From Bugula neritina (taxonomy: Eukaryota; Animalia; Bryozoa), in contig CAXIUT010000230.1 in NCBI GenBank assembly GCA_964035545.1, positions 1,302,001 through 1,366,000 of the forward strand: DNA of 64,000 nt, given 5' to 3'. Positions 1-16,700 of this stretch are shown piece by piece. The notes under the pieces are model-generated. The model was not told the origin of the DNA and did no database searches. It was given only the letters and a program-made list of their open reading frames with translations. How positions within the stretch are numbered: the stretch's first letter is position 1; each line of letters starts with the position of its first letter. The translations under genes were made by a program, and so were the position numbers.

Positions 1-39
1 TGCAACATACTGAAATACCTTGTGACACACTGAAATACA

Positions 40-3000
40 CTGCAACATACTGCAACATACTGAAATATTGTGCGACACAATAAAATATACTGCAACATAT
101 TGAAATATACTGTAACATACTGAACCATATGGCAACATACCGAAATTTACTGCGACACACTGAAAAATACTGCAACATACGAATTATACTTCAAGTGGTA
201 CAACATACTGAAATACAATGTGACACACTGAAATGCACTGCAACATACTGCAACATACTGCAACATACTGAAATATTGTGCGACACATTGAAATATACTG
301 CAACGTATTGAAATATACTGTAACATACTGCAACATACTAAAATACACTGCAACATACTGAAATACATTGCAACACATTAAAATATACTGCGACATACTG
401 AAACATACTGCAACATGCTGAAATATACTGCAACATACTGAAATACACTATAACATATTGAAATATACTGCAACATACTGAATTACACTCTAACATACTG
501 AAATATGCTGTAGCATACTGAAATACACTGCAACACACTGAAGTATACTGTAATACACTGAAATGTAATGCAACATACTGAATTATACTGCAACATAGTG
601 CAACATACTGAAATACACTGTGACACACTGAAATACACTGAAACAAAATGCAACATACTGCAACATACTGAAATACACTGTAACATATCGAAATACACTG
701 CAACATACTGCAACATACTGCAACATACTGAAATACACTACAACATACTGCAACATACTGAAATTCACTGGAACATATTAAAATACACTGCGACACATTG
801 AAACATACTGCAACATACTGAAATATACTGCAAGATACTTCAACATACTAAAACAGACTGTGACATACTGAAATACACTGCAACATACTGCAAGATACCG
901 CAACCTACTGAAATACACTGAAACATATTGAAATACACTGCATCATACTGCAACATACTGAATTACACTGGAACATATTGATATACACTGCAACACATTG
1001 AAATATACTGCAACACACTGAAACATATGGCAATATACCAAAATATACTGCGACACCTTGAAAAATACTGCAACATACGAAATATACTGCAAGTGGTGCA
1101 ACATACTGAAATACAATGTGACATACTGCAACATACTGAAATATACTGCAAGATACCGCAACCTACTGAAATACACTGTAACATATTGAAATACACTGCA
1201 TCATACTGCAACATACTGAATTACACTGGAACATATTGATATACACTGCAACACATTCAAATATACTGCAACACACTGAAACATGCGGCAATATACCGAA
1301 ATATACTGCGACACCTTGAAAAATACTGCGACATACGAAATATACTGTAAGTGGTGCAACATACTGAAATACAATGTGACACACTAGAATACACTGCAAC
1401 ATACTGCAACATACTGCAACATACTGAAATAGTGTGCGACACATTGAAATATTCTGCAACGTATTGAAATATACTGTAACATACTGCAACATACTAAAAT
1501 ACACTGCAACATACTGAAATACATTGCAACACATTAAAATATACTGCGACATACTGAAACATACTGCAACATGCTGAAATATACTGCAATATACTGAAAT
1601 ACACTATAACATATTGAAATATACTGCAACATACTGAATTACACTCTAACATACTGAAATATGCTGTAGCATACTGAAATACACTGCAACACACTGAAGT
1701 ATACTGTAATACACTGAAATGTAATGCAACATACTGAATTATACTGCAACATAGTGCAACATACTGAAATACACTGTGACACACTGAAATACACTGAAAC
1801 ATAATGCAACATACTGCAACATACTGAAATACACTGTAACATATCGAAATGCACTGCAACATACTGCAACATACTGCAACATACTGAAATACACCGTAAC
1901 ATATCGAAATACACTTCAACATACTGCAACATACTGAAATGCACCGGAACATAATGGAATACCCTGCAACACATTGAAGTATACTGCAACAGACTGAAAC
2001 ATAAGGTAACACAAAGAAGTATACTGCGACACATTAAAATATACTGCAACATACTGAAATAGACTGCAACATACTGCAACATACTGAAATATTGTGCGAC
2101 ACAATAAAATATACTGCAACATATTGAAATATACTGTAACATACTGAACCATATGGCAACATACCGAAATTTACTGCGACACACTGAAAAATACTGCAAC
2201 ATACGAATTATACTTCAAGTGGTACAACATACTGAAATACAATGTGACACACTGAAATGCACTGCAACATACTGCAACATACTGCAACATACTGAAATAT
2301 TGTGCGACACATTGAAATATACTGCAACGTATTGAAATATACTGTAACATACTGCAACATACTAAAATACACTGCAACATACTGAAATACATTGCAACAC
2401 ATTAAAATATACTGCGACATACTGAAACATACTGCAACATGCTGAAATATACTGCAACATACTGAAATACACTATAACATATTGAAATATACTGCAACAT
2501 ACTGAATTACACTCTAACATACTGAAATATGCTGTAGCATACTGAAATACACTGCAACACACTGAAGTATACTGTAATACACTGAAATGTAATGCAACAT
2601 ACTGAATTATACTGCAACATAGTGCAACATACTGAAATACACTGTGACACACTGAAATACACTGAAACAAAATGCAACATACTGCAACATACTGAAATAC
2701 ACTGTAACATATCGAAATACACTGCAACATACTGCAACATACTGCAACATACTGAAATACACTACAACATACTGCAACATACTGAAATTCACTGGAACAT
2801 ATTAAAATACACTGCGACACATTGAAACATACTGCAACATACTGAAATATACTGCAAGATACTTCAACATACTAAAACAGACTGTGACATACTGAAATAC
2901 ACTGCAACATACTGCAAGATACCGCAACCTACTGAAATACACTGAAACATATTGAAATACACTGCATCATACTGCAACATACTGAATTACACTGGAACAT

Positions 3001-4090
3001 ATTGATATACACTGCAACACATTGAAATATACTGCAACACACTGAAACATATGGCAATATACCAAAATATACTGCGACACCTTGAAAAATACTGCAACAT
3101 ACGAAATATACTGCAAGTGGTGCAACATACTGAAATACAATGTGACATACTGCAACATACTGAAATATACTGCAAGATACCGCAACCTACTGAAATACAC
3201 TGTAACATATTGAAATACACTGCATCATACTGCAACATACTGAATTACACTGGAACATATTGATATACACTGCAACACATTCAAATATACTGCAACACAC
3301 TGAAACATGCGGCAATATACCGAAATATACTGCGACACCTTGAAAAATACTGCGACATACGAAATATACTGTAAGTGGTGCAACATACTGAAATACAATG
3401 TGACACACTAGAATACACTGCAACATACTGCAACATACTGCAACATACTGAAATAGTGTGCGACACATTGAAATATTCTGCAACGTATTGAAATATACTG
3501 TAACATACTGCAACATACTAAAATACACTGCAACATACTGAAATACATTGCAACACATTAAAATATACTGCGACATACTGAAACATACTGCAACATGCTG
3601 AAATATACTGCAATATACTGAAATACACTATAACATATTGAAATATACTGCAACATACTGAATTACACTCTAACATACTGAAATATGCTGTAGCATACTG
3701 AAATACACTGCAACACACTGAAGTATACTGTAATACACTGAAATGTAATGCAACATACTGAATTATACTGCAACATAGTGCAACATACTGAAATACACTG
3801 TGACACACTGAAATACACTGAAACATAATGCAACATACTGCAACATACTGAAATACACTGTAACATATCGAAATGCACTGCAACATACTGCAACATACTG
3901 AAATACACCGTAACATATCGAAATACACTTCAACATACTGCAACATACTGAAATGCACCGGAACATAATGGAATACCCTGCAACACATTGAAGTATACTG
4001 CAACAGACTGAAACATAAGGTAACACAAAGAAGTATACTGCGACACATTAAAATATACTGCAACATACTGAAATAGACTGCAACATACTG
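40..4090. repeat. Tandem duplication, ~2024-bp unit x2 (40-2063, 2064-4090)
   Basis: Identical ORF translations at 129/2153, 338/2362, 1027/3051 and 1163/3187. The offset falls to 2014 after loss of one CATACTGCAA monomer near 3885. Confidence 0.93.
888..1380. repeat. 258-bp (26-monomer) unit, dimer
   Basis: CAAGATACCGCAACCTAC occurs at 891 and 1149, followed by the same order of variants (GCATCAT, GATATACAC, GGCAATATACC, CACCTTGAAAAA, CATACGAAA, AAGTGGTG). Confidence 0.9.
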
Positions 4091-6150
4091 AAATGTAATG
4101 TAATATACAGAAATGTACTGTAACATACTGAATTACACTCTAACATACTGAAATATGCTGTAGCATACTGAAATACACTGCAACACACTGAAGTATACTG
4201 TAATACACTGAAATGTGATGCAACACACTGAATTATACTGCAACATAGTGCAACATACTGAAATACACTACAACAAACTGCAACATACTGAAATACACTG
4301 GAACATTTTGAAATACACTGCGACACATTGAAACATACTGCAACATACTGAAATACACTGGGACACATTGAAATACACTGCAACATACTGCAACATACTG
4401 CAACATACTGAAATACATTGCAACACATTAAAATATACTGCAACATACTGAAACCTACTGCAACATACTGAAATATACTGCAACACACTGAAACATACGA
4501 CAACATACCGAAGTAAACTGCGACACGTTGAAAATTACTGCAACATACTGAAATATACTGCGACGCCTTAAAATATACTGCAACATACTGAAATAGACTG
4601 CAAGTGGTGCAACATACTGAAATACACTGTGACACACTGAAATACACTGCAACATACTGAAACATACTGCAACATACTGAAATACACTGTGACACCCTGA
4701 AATACACTGCAACATACTGCAACATACTGCAACATACTGAATTACACTGGAACATATTGATATACACTGCAACACATTGAAATATACTGCAACACACTGA
4801 ACCATATGGCAACATACCGAAATTTACTGCGACACACTGAAAAATACTGCAACATACGAATTATACTTCAAGTGGTACAACATACTGAAATACAAAGTGA
4901 CACACTGAAATACACTGCAACATACTGCAACATACTGCAACATACTGAAATATTGTGCGACACATTGAAATATACTGCAACGTATTGAAATATACTGTAA
5001 CATACTGCAACATACTAAAATACACTGCAACATACTGAAATACATTGCAACACATTAAAATATACTGCGACATACTGAAACATACTGCAACATGCTGAAA
5101 TATACTGCAATATACTGAAATACACTATAACATATTGAAATATACTGCAACATACTGAATTACACTCTAACATACTGAAATATGCTGTAGCATACTGAAA
5201 TACACTGCAACACACTGAAGTATACTGTAATACACTGAAATGTAATGCAACATACTGAATTATACTGCAACATAGTGCAACATACTGAAATACACTGTGA
5301 CACACTGAAATACACTGAAACATAATGCAACATACTGCAACATACTGAAATACACTGTAACATATCGAAATGCACTGAAACATACTGCAACATACTGCAA
5401 CATACTGAAATACACCGTAACATATCGAAATACACTTCAACATACTGCAACATACTGAAATGCACCGGAACATAATGGAATACCCTGCAACACATTGAAA
5501 TATACTGCAACAGACTGAAACATAAGGTAACACAATGAGGTATACTGCGACACATTAAAATATACTGCAACATACTGAAATAGACTGCAACATACTGAAA
5601 TGTAATGTAATATACAGAAATGTACTGTAACATACTGAATTACACTCTAACATACTGAAATATGCTGTAGCATACTGAAATACACTGCAACACACTGAAG
5701 TATACTGTAATACACTGAAATGTGATGCAACACACTGAATTATACTGCAACATAGTGCAACATACTGAAATACACTACAACAAACTGCAACATACTGAAA
5801 TACACTGGAACATTTTGAAATACACTGCGACACATTGAAACATACTGCAACATACTGAAATACACTGGGACACATTGAAATACACTGCAACATACTGCAA
5901 CATACTGCAACATACTGAAATACATTGCAACACATTAAAATATACTGCAACATACTGAAACCTACTGCAACATACTGAAATATACTGCAACACACTGAAA
6001 CATACGACAACATACCGAAATAAACTGCGACACGTTGAAAATTACTGCAACATACTGAAATATACTGCGACGCCTTAAAATATACTGCAACATACTGAAA
6101 TAGACTGCAAGTGGTGCAACATACTGAAATACACTGTGACACACTGAAAT
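3370..6150. repeat. Imperfect tandem duplication, ~1500-bp offset
   Basis: Matching ORFs at 4233/5740 and 4268/5775 (offset 1507) and 3518/5015 (1497). Shared rare variants CATTTTGAAA, AAACCTACTG and CATACGACAA. Confidence 0.82.
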
Positions 6151-7744
6151 ACACTGCAACATACTGCAACATACTGAAATATTGTGCGACACAATAAAAT
6201 ATACTGCAACATATCGAAATATACTGTAACATACTGCAACATACTAAAATACACTGCAACACATTGAAATATACTGCAACATACTGAAACATACTGCAAC
6301 ATACTGAAATACACTGTGACACCCTGAAATACACTGCAACATACTGCAACATACTGCAACATACTGAATTACACTGGAACATATTGATATACACTGCAAC
6401 ACATTGAAATATACTGCAACACACTGAAACATGCGGCAATATACCGAAATATACTGCGACACCTTGAAAAATACTGGGACATACGAAATATACTGCAAGT
6501 GGTGCAACATACTGAAATACAATGTGACACACTAGAATACACTGCAACATACTGCAACATACTGCAACATACTGAAATATTGTGCGACACATTGAAATAT
6601 TCTGCAACGTATTGAAATATACTGTAACATACTGCAACATACTAAAATACACTGCAACATACTGAAATACATTGCAACACATTAAAATATACTGCAACAT
6701 ACTGCAACATACTGCAACATACTGAAATATTGTGCGACACATTGAAATATACTGCAACATATTGAAATATACTGTAACATACTGCAACATACTAAAATAC
6801 ACTGCAACATACTGAAATACATAGCAACACATTAAAATAAACTGCGACATACTGAAACATACTGCAACATGCTGAAATATACTGCAACATACTGAAATAC
6901 ACTATAACATATTGAAATATACTGCAACATACTGAATTACACTCTAACATACTGAAATATGCTGTAGCATACTGAAATACACTGCAACACACTGAAGTAT
7001 ACTGTAATACACTGAAATGTAATGCAACATACTGAATTATACTGCAACATAGTGCAACATACTGAAATACACTGTGACACACTGAAATACACTGAAACAT
7101 AATGCAACATACTGCAACATACTGAAATACACTGTAACATATCGAAATACACTGCAACATACTGCAACATACTGCAACATACTGAAATACACCGTAACAT
7201 ATCGAAATACACTTCAACATACTGCAACATACTGAAATGCACCGGAACATAATGGAATACCCTGCAACACATTGAAAAATACTGCAACAGACTGAAACAT
7301 AAGGTTACACAATGAAGTATAATGCGACACATTAAAATATACTGCAACATACTGTAATAGACTGCAACATACTGAAATGTAATGTAATATACAGAAATGT
7401 ACTGTAACATACTGAATTGCACTCTAACATACTGAAATATGCTGTAGCATACTGAAATACACTGCAACACACTGAGGTATACTGTAATACACTGAAATGT
7501 GATGCAACATACTGAATTATACTGCAACATAGTGCAACATACTGAAATACACTACAACAATCTGCAACATACTGAAATACACCGGAACATATAGAAATAC
7601 ACTGCGACACATTGAAACATACTGCAACATACTGAAATACACTGGGACACATTGAAATACACTGCAAAATACTGCAACATACTGCAACATACTGAAATAC
7701 ATTGCAACACATTAAAATATACTGCAACATACTGAAACATACTG

Positions 7745-8424
7745 AAATATACTGCAACACACTGAAACATACGGCAACATACCGAAATAAACTGCGACAC
7801 GTTGAAAATTACTGCAACATACTGAAATATACTGCGACGCCTTAAAATATACTGCAACATACTGAAATAGACTGCAAGTGGTGCAACATACTGAAATACC
7901 TTGTGACACACTGAAATACACTGCAACATACTGCAACATACTGAAATATTGTGCGACACAATAAAATATACTGCAACATATTGAAATATACTGTAACATA
8001 CTGCAACATACTAAAATACACTGCAACACATTAAAATATACTGCAACATACTGAAACATACTGCAACATACTGAAATACACTTTGACACCCTGAAATACA
8101 CTGCAACATACTGCAACATACTGCAACATACTGAATTACACTGGAACATATTGATATACACTGCAACACATTGAAATATACTGCAACACACTGAAACATA
8201 CGGCAACATACCGAAATAAACTGCGACACGTTGAAAATTACTGCAACATACTGAAATATACTGCGACGCCTTAAAATATACTGCAACATACTGAAATAGA
8301 CTGCAAGTGGTGCAACATACTGAAATACCTTGTGACACACTGAAATACACTGCAACATACTGCAACATACTGAAATATTGTGCGACACAATAAAATATAC
8401 TGCAACATATTGAAATATACTGTA
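7745..8424. repeat. Local duplication, 429-bp offset
   Basis: CGGCAACATACCGAAATAAACTGCGACACGTTGAAAATT...CGCCTTAAA...TACCTTGTG starts at 7772 and again at 8201. Confidence 0.85.
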
Positions 8425-9996
8425 ACATACTGAACCATATGGCAACATACCGAAATTTACTGCGACACACTGAAAAATACTGCAACATACGAATTATACT
8501 TCAAGTGGTACAACATACTGAAATACAATGTGACACACTGAAATGCACTGCAACATACTGCAACATACTGCAACATACTGAAATATTGTGCGACACATTG
8601 AAATATACTGCAACGTATTGAAATATACTGTAACATACTGCAACATACTAAAATACACTGCAACATACTGAAATACATTGCAACACATTAAAATATACTG
8701 CGACATACTGAAACATACTGCAACATGCTGAAATATACTGCAACATACTGAAATACACTATAACATATTGAAATATACTGCAACATACTGAATTACACTC
8801 TAACATACTGAAATATGCTGTAGCATACTAAAATACACTGCAACACACTGAAGTATACTGTAATACACTGAAATGTAATGCAACATACTGAATTATACTG
8901 CAACATAGTGCAACATACTGAAATACACTGTGACACACTGAAATACACTGAAACAAAATGCAACATACTGCAACATACTGAAATACACTGTAACATATCG
9001 AAATACACTGCAACATACTGCAACATACTGCAACATACTGAAATACACTACAACATACTGCAACATACTGAAATTCACTGGAACATATTAAAATACACTG
9101 CGACACATTGAAACATACTGCAACATACTGAAATATACTGCAAGATACTTCAACATACTGAAACAGACTGTGACATACTGAAATACACTGCAACATACTG
9201 CAAGATACCGCAACCTACTGAAATACACTGAAACATATTGAAATACACTGCATCATACTGCAACATACTGAATTACACTGGAACATATTGATATACACTG
9301 CAACACATTGAAATATACTGCAACACACTGAAACATATGGCAATATACCAAAATATACTGCGACACCTTGAAAAATACTGCAACATACGAAATATACTGC
9401 AAGTGGTGCAACATACTGAAATACAATGTGACATACTGCAACATACTGAAATATACTGCAAGATACCGCAACCTACTGAAATACACTGTAACATATTGAA
9501 ATACACTGCATCATACTGCAACATACTGAATTACACTGGAACATATTGATATACACTGCAACACATTCAAATATACTGCAACACACTGAAACATGCGGCA
9601 ATATACCAAAATATACTGCGACACCTTGAAAAATACTGCGACATACGAAATATACTGTAAGTGGTGCAACATACTGAAATACAATGTGACACACTAGAAT
9701 ACACTGCAACATACTGCAACATACTGCAACATACTGAAATAGTGTGCGACACATTGAAATATTCTGCAACGTATTGAAATATACTGTAACATACTGCAAC
9801 ATACTAAAATACACTGCAACATACTGAAATACATTGCAACACATTAAAATATACTGCGACATACTGAAACATACTGCAACATGCTGAAATATACTGCAAT
9901 ATACTGAAATACACTATAACATATTGAAATATACTGCAACATACTGAATTACACTCTAACATACTGAAATATGCTGTAGCATACTGAAATACACTG
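8311..9996. repeat. Third copy of the window-start block (1-1686), offset 8310
   Basis: 8311 begins TGCAACATACTGAAATACCTTGTGACACAC exactly as position 1 does. ORF pairs 129/8439, 568/8878, 1027/9337 and 1163/9473. Confidence 0.92.
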
Positions 9997-9999
9997 TGA

Positions 10000-11950
10000 C
10001 ACACTGAAATACACTGCAACATACTGCAAGATACTGCAACATACTGAAACAGACTGTGACATACTGAAATACACTGCAACATACTGCAAGATACCGCAAC
10101 CTACTGAAATACACTGAAACATATTGAAATACACTGCATCATACTGCAACATACTGAATTACACTGGAACATATTGATATACACTGCAACACATTGAAAT
10201 ATACTGCAACACACTGAAACATATGGCAATATACCAAAATATACTGCGACACCTTGAAAAATACTGCAACATACGAAATATACTGCAAGTGGTGCAACAT
10301 ACTGAAATACAATGTGACATACTGCAACATACTGAAATATACTGCAAGATACCGCAACCTACTGAAATACACTGTAACATATTGAAATACACTGCATCAT
10401 ACTGCAACATACTGAATTACACTGGAACATATTGATATACACTGCAACACATTCAAATATACTGCAACACACTGAAACATGCGGCAATATACCGAAATAT
10501 ACTGCGACACCTTGAAAAATACTGCAACATACGAAATATACTGCAAGTGGTGCAACATACTGAAATACAATGTGACACACTAGAATACACTGCAACATAC
10601 TGCAACATACTGCAACATACTGAAATACACTGTAACATATTGAAATATACTGCATCATACTGCAACATACTGAAAAACACTTGAACATATTGATATACAC
10701 TGCAACTCATTGAAATATACTGCAACACACTGCATCATACGGCAGCATACCGAAATATACTGCGACACCTTGAAAAATACTGCAACATACTGAAATATAC
10801 TGCAAGTGGTGCAACATACTGAAATACACTGTGACACACTGAAATACACTGCAACATACTGCAACATACTGCAACATACTGAAATATTGTGCGACACATT
10901 GAAATATACTGCAACATATTGAAATATACTGTAGGATACTGCAACATACTAAATTACACTGCAACATATTGAAATACATTGCAACACATTAAAATATACT
11001 GCGACATACTGAAACATACTGCAACATGCTGAAATATACTGCAACATACTGAAATACACTATATCATATTGAAATATACTGCAACATACTGAATTACACT
11101 CTAACATACTGAAATATGCTGTAGCATACTGAAATACACTGCAACACACTGAAGTATACTGTAATACACTGAAATGTAATGCAACATACTGAATTATACT
11201 GCAACATAGTGCAACATACTGAAATACACTGTGACACACTGAAATACACTGAAACATAATGCAACATACGGCAACATACTGAAATACACTGTAACATATC
11301 GAAATACACTGCAACATACTGCAACATACTGCAACATACTGAAATACACGGTAACATATCGAAATACACTGCAACATACTGCAACATACTGAAATGCACC
11401 GGAACATAATGGAATACCCTGCAACACATTGAAATATACTGCAACAGACTGAAACATAAGGTAACACAATGAAGTATACTGCGACACATTAAAATATACT
11501 GCAACATACTGAAATATACTGCAACATACTGAAATGTAATGTAATATACAGAAATATACTGTAACATACTGCAACATACTGCAACATACTGAATTACACT
11601 GGAACATATTGATATACACTGCAACACATTGAAATATACTGCAACACACTGAACCATATGGCAACATACCGAAATTTACTGCGACACACTGAAAAATACT
11701 GCAACATACGAATTATACTTCAAGTGGTGCAACATACTGAAATGCAATGTGACACACTGAAATACACTGCAACATACTGCAACATACTGAAATATTGTGC
11801 GACACATTGAAATATACTGCAACATATTGAAATATACTGTAACATACTGCAACATACTAAAATACAATGCAACATACTGAAATACATTGCAACACATTAA
11901 AATATACTGCGACATACTGAAACATACTGCAACATGCTGAAATATACTGC
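10000..11950. repeat. Block recopied at +4428 (~14430-16200) and +7978 (~17980-19930); contains a trimer of the 258/259-bp unit
   Basis: ORFs 10139/14567/18117 and 10949/15377/18927. Private variants GTAGGATAC, CTATATCAT and CACGGTAAC. GTGGTG at 10289, 10547 and 10806. Confidence 0.9.
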
Positions 11951-12249
11951 AACATACTGAAATACACTGTGACATACTGAAATACACTGCAACATACTGC
12001 AGGATACTGCAACGCACGGAAATACAGTGTAACTTATTGAATTACACTGAATCATACTGCAACATACTGAGATACACTGGAACATATTGATATACACTGC
12101 AACACATTGAAATATACTGCAACACACTGAACCATATGACAACATACCGAAATTTACTGCGACACACTGAAAAATTTTGCAACATACGAATTATACTTCA
12201 AGTGGTGCAACATTTTGAAATACAATGTGACACACTGAAATACACTGCA

Positions 12250-13740
12250 ACATACTGCAACATACTGCAACATACTGAAATATTGTGCGACACATTGAAA
12301 TATACTGCAACATATTGAAATATACTGTAACATACTGCAACATACTAAAATACACTGCAACATACTGAAATACATAGCAACACATTAAAATAAACTGCGA
12401 CATACTGAAACATACTGCAACATGCTGAAATATACTGCAACTTACTGAAATACACTATAACATATTGAAATATAGTGCAACATACTGAATTACACTCTAA
12501 CATACTGAAATATGCTGTAGCATACTGAAATACACTGCAACACACTGAAGTATACTGTAATACACTGAAATGTAATGCAACATACTGAATTATACTGCAA
12601 CATAGTGCAACATACTGAAATACACTGTGACACACTGAAATACACTGAAACATAATGCAACATACTGCAACATACTGAAATACACTGTAACATATCGAAA
12701 TACACTGCAACATACTGCAACATACTGCAACATACTGAAATACACCGTAACATATCGAAATACACTTCAACATACTGCAACATACTGAAATGCACCGGAA
12801 CATAATGGAATACCCTGCAACACATTGAAATATACTGCAACAGACTGAAACATAAGGTAACACAATGAAGTATACTGCGACACATTAAAATATACTGCAA
12901 CATACTGTAATAGACTGCAACATACTGAAATGTAATGTAATATACAGAAATGTACTGTAACATACTGAATTGCACTCTAACATACTGAAATATGCTGTAG
13001 CATACTGAAATACACTGCAACACACTGAGGTATACTGTAATACACTGAAATGTGATGCAATATACTGAATTATACTGCAACATAGTGCAACATACTGAAA
13101 TACACTACAACAATCTGCAACATACTGAAATACACCGGAACATATAGAAATACACTGCTACACATTGAAACATACTGCAACATACTGAAATACACTGGGA
13201 CACATTGAAATACACTGCAAAATACTGCAACATACTGAAACATACTGAAATACATTGCAACACATTAAAATATACTGCAACATACTGAAACATACTGAAA
13301 TATACTGCAACACACTGAAACATACGGCAACATACCGAAATAAACTGCGACACGTTGAAAATTACTGCAACATACTGAAATATACTGCGACGCCTTAAAA
13401 TATACTGCAACATACTGAAATAGACTGCAAGTGGTGCAACATACTGAAATACCTTGTGACACACTGAAATACAGTGCAACAAACTGCAACATACTGAAAT
13501 ATTGTGCGACACAATAAAATATACTGCAACATATTGAAATATACTGTAACATACTGCAACATACCAAAATACACTGCAACACATTAAAATATACTGCAAC
13601 ATACTGAAACATACTGCAACATACTGAAATACACTGTGACACCCTGAAATACACTGCAACATACTGCAACATACTGCAACATACTGAATTACACTGGAAC
13701 ATATTGATATACACTGCAACACATTGAAATATACTGCAAC
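12250..13740. repeat. Copy of ~6700-8190, offset 5553
   Basis: ORFs 6792/12345 and 7517/13070. Shared variants CATAGCAAC, CTGAGGTAT, CAATCTGC and CATATAGAAA. Confidence 0.85.
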
Positions 13741-16700
13741 ACATTGAACCATATGGCAACATACCGAAATTTGCTGCGACACACTGAAAAATACTGCAAC
13801 ATACGAATTATACTTCAAGTGGTACAACATACTGAAATACAATGTGACACACTGAGATGCACTGCAACATACTGCAACATACTGCAACATACTGAAATAT
13901 TGTGCGACACATTGAAATATACTGCAACGTATTGAAATATACTGTAACATACTGCAACATACTAAAATACACTGCAACATACTGAAACACATTGCAACAC
14001 ATTAAAATATACTGCGACATACTGAAACATACTGCAACATGCTGAAATATACTGCAACATACTGAAATACACTATAACATATTGAAATATACTGCAACAT
14101 ACTGAATTACACTCTAACATACTGAAATATGCTGTAGCATACTGAAATACACTGCAACACACTGAAGTATACTGTAATACACTGAAATGTAATGCAACAT
14201 ACTGAATTATACTGCAACATAGTGCAACATACTGAAATACACTGTGACACACTGAAATACGCTGAAACATAATGCAACATACTGCAACATACTGAAATAC
14301 ACTGTAACATATCGAAATACACTGCAACATACTGCAACATACTGCAACATACTGAAATACACTACAACATACTGCAACATACTGAAATACACTGGAACAT
14401 ATTAAAATACACTGCGACACATTGAAACATACTGCAACATACTGAAATATACTGCAAGATACTGCAACATACTGAAACAGACTGTGACATACTGAAATAC
14501 ACTGCAACATACTGCAAGATACCGCAACCTACTGAAATACACTGAAACATATTGAAATACACTGCATCATACTGCAACATACTGAATTACACTGGAACAT
14601 ATTGATATACACTGCAACACATTGAAATATACTGCAACACACTGAAACATATGGCAATATACCAAAATATACTGCGACACCTTGAAAAATACTGCAACAT
14701 ACGAAATATACTGCAAGTGGTGCAACATACTGAAATACAATGTGACATACTGCAACATACTGAAATATACTGCAAGATACCGCAACCTACTGAAATACAC
14801 TGTAACATATTGAAATACACTGCATCATACTGCAACATACTGAATTACACTGGAACATATTGATATACACTGCAACACATTCAAATATACTGCAACACAC
14901 TGAAACATGCGGCAATATACCGAAATATACTGCGACACCTTGAAAAATACTGCAACATACGAAATATACTGCAAGTGGTGCAACATACTGAAATACAATG
15001 TGACACACTAGAATACACTGCAACATACTGCAACATACTGCAACATACTGAAATACACTGTAACATATTGAAATATACTGCATCATACTGCAACATACTG
15101 AAAAACACTTGAACATATTGATATACACTGCAACTCATTGAAATATACTGCAACACACTGCATCATACGGCAGCATACCGAAATATACTGCGACACCTTG
15201 AAAAATACTGCAACATACTGAAATATACTGCAAGTGGTGCAACATACTGAAATACACTGTGACACACTGAAATACACTGCAACATACTGCAACATACTGC
15301 AACATACTGAAATATTGTGCGACACATTGAAATATACTGCAACATATTGAAATATACTGTAGGATACTGCAACATACTAAATTACACTGCAACATATTGA
15401 AATACATTGCAACACATTAAAATATACTGCGACATACTGAAACATACTGCAACATGCTGAAATATACTGCAACATACTGAAATACACTATATCATATTGA
15501 AATATACTGCAACATACTGAATTACACTCTAACATACTGAAATATGCTGTAGCATACTGAAATACACTGCAACACACTGAAGTATACTGTAATACACTGA
15601 AATGTAATGCAACATACTGAATTATACTGCAACATAGTGCAACATACTGAAATACACTGTGACACACTGAAATACACTGAAACATAATGCAACATACTGC
15701 AACATACTGAAATACACTGTAACATATCGAAATACACTGCAACATACTGCAACATACTGCAACATACTGAAATACACGGTAACATATCGAAATACACTGC
15801 AACATACTGCAACATACTGAAATGCACCGGAACATAATAGAATACCCTGCAACACATTGAAATATACTGCAACAGACTGAAACATAAGGTAACACAATGA
15901 AGTATACTGCGACACATTAAAATATACTGCAACATACTGAAATATACTGCAACATACTGAAATGTAATGTAATATACAGAAATATACTGTAACATACTGC
16001 AACATACTGCAACATACTGAATTACACTGGAACATATTGATATACACTGCAACACATTGAAATATACTGCAACACACTGAACCATATGGCAACATACCGA
16101 AATTTACTGCGACACACTGAAAAATACTGCAACATACGAATTATACTTCAAGTGGTGCAACATACTGAAATGCAATGTGACACACTGAAATACACTGCAA
16201 CATAATACAACATACTGCAACATACTGAAATACACTGTAACATATCGAAATACACTGCAACATACTGCAACATACTGCAACATACTGAAATACACCGTAA
16301 CATATCGAAATACACTTCAACATACTGCAACATACTGAAATGCACCGGAACATAATGGAATACCCTGCAACACATTGAAATATACTGCAACAGACTGAAA
16401 CATAAGGTAACACAATGAAGTATACTGCGACACATTAAAATATACTGCAACATACTGTAATAGACTGCAACATACTGAAATGTAATGTAATATACAGAAA
16501 TGTACTGTAACATACTGAATTGCACTCTAACATACTGAAATATGCTGTAGCATACTGAAATACACTGCAACACACTGAGGTATACTGTAATACACTGAAA
16601 TGTGATGCAATATACTGAATTATACTGCAACATAGTGCAACATACTGAAATACACTACAACAATCTGCAACATACTGAAATACACCGGAACATATAGAAA

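Noticed and set aside
129-311. Recurrent plus-strand ORFs (MATYRNLLRHTEK..., MRHLEKYCN...)
   Set aside because: They are short chance stop-free paths through the repeat. They recur only because the DNA blocks are duplicated, and I used them as landmarks only.
1088-1102. AAGTGGTG as a Chi-like site, or TGCA-N5-TGCA as a hairpin/terminator
   Set aside because: It does not match Chi (GCTGGTGG), the 4-bp stem is trivial, and TGCA occurs in nearly every X monomer.
5555-6850. 431-aa minus-strand ORF and hundreds of other Cys/Tyr/Val/Ser/Gln-rich ORFs (MLQYVAVCCS repeats)
   Set aside because: The minus-strand consensus has no stop codon, and because 10 is not divisible by 3 all three frames give the same 10-aa pseudo-repeat. 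The ORFs overlap in all frames, cross 9-bp frameshifting monomers and show no domain or codon structure.
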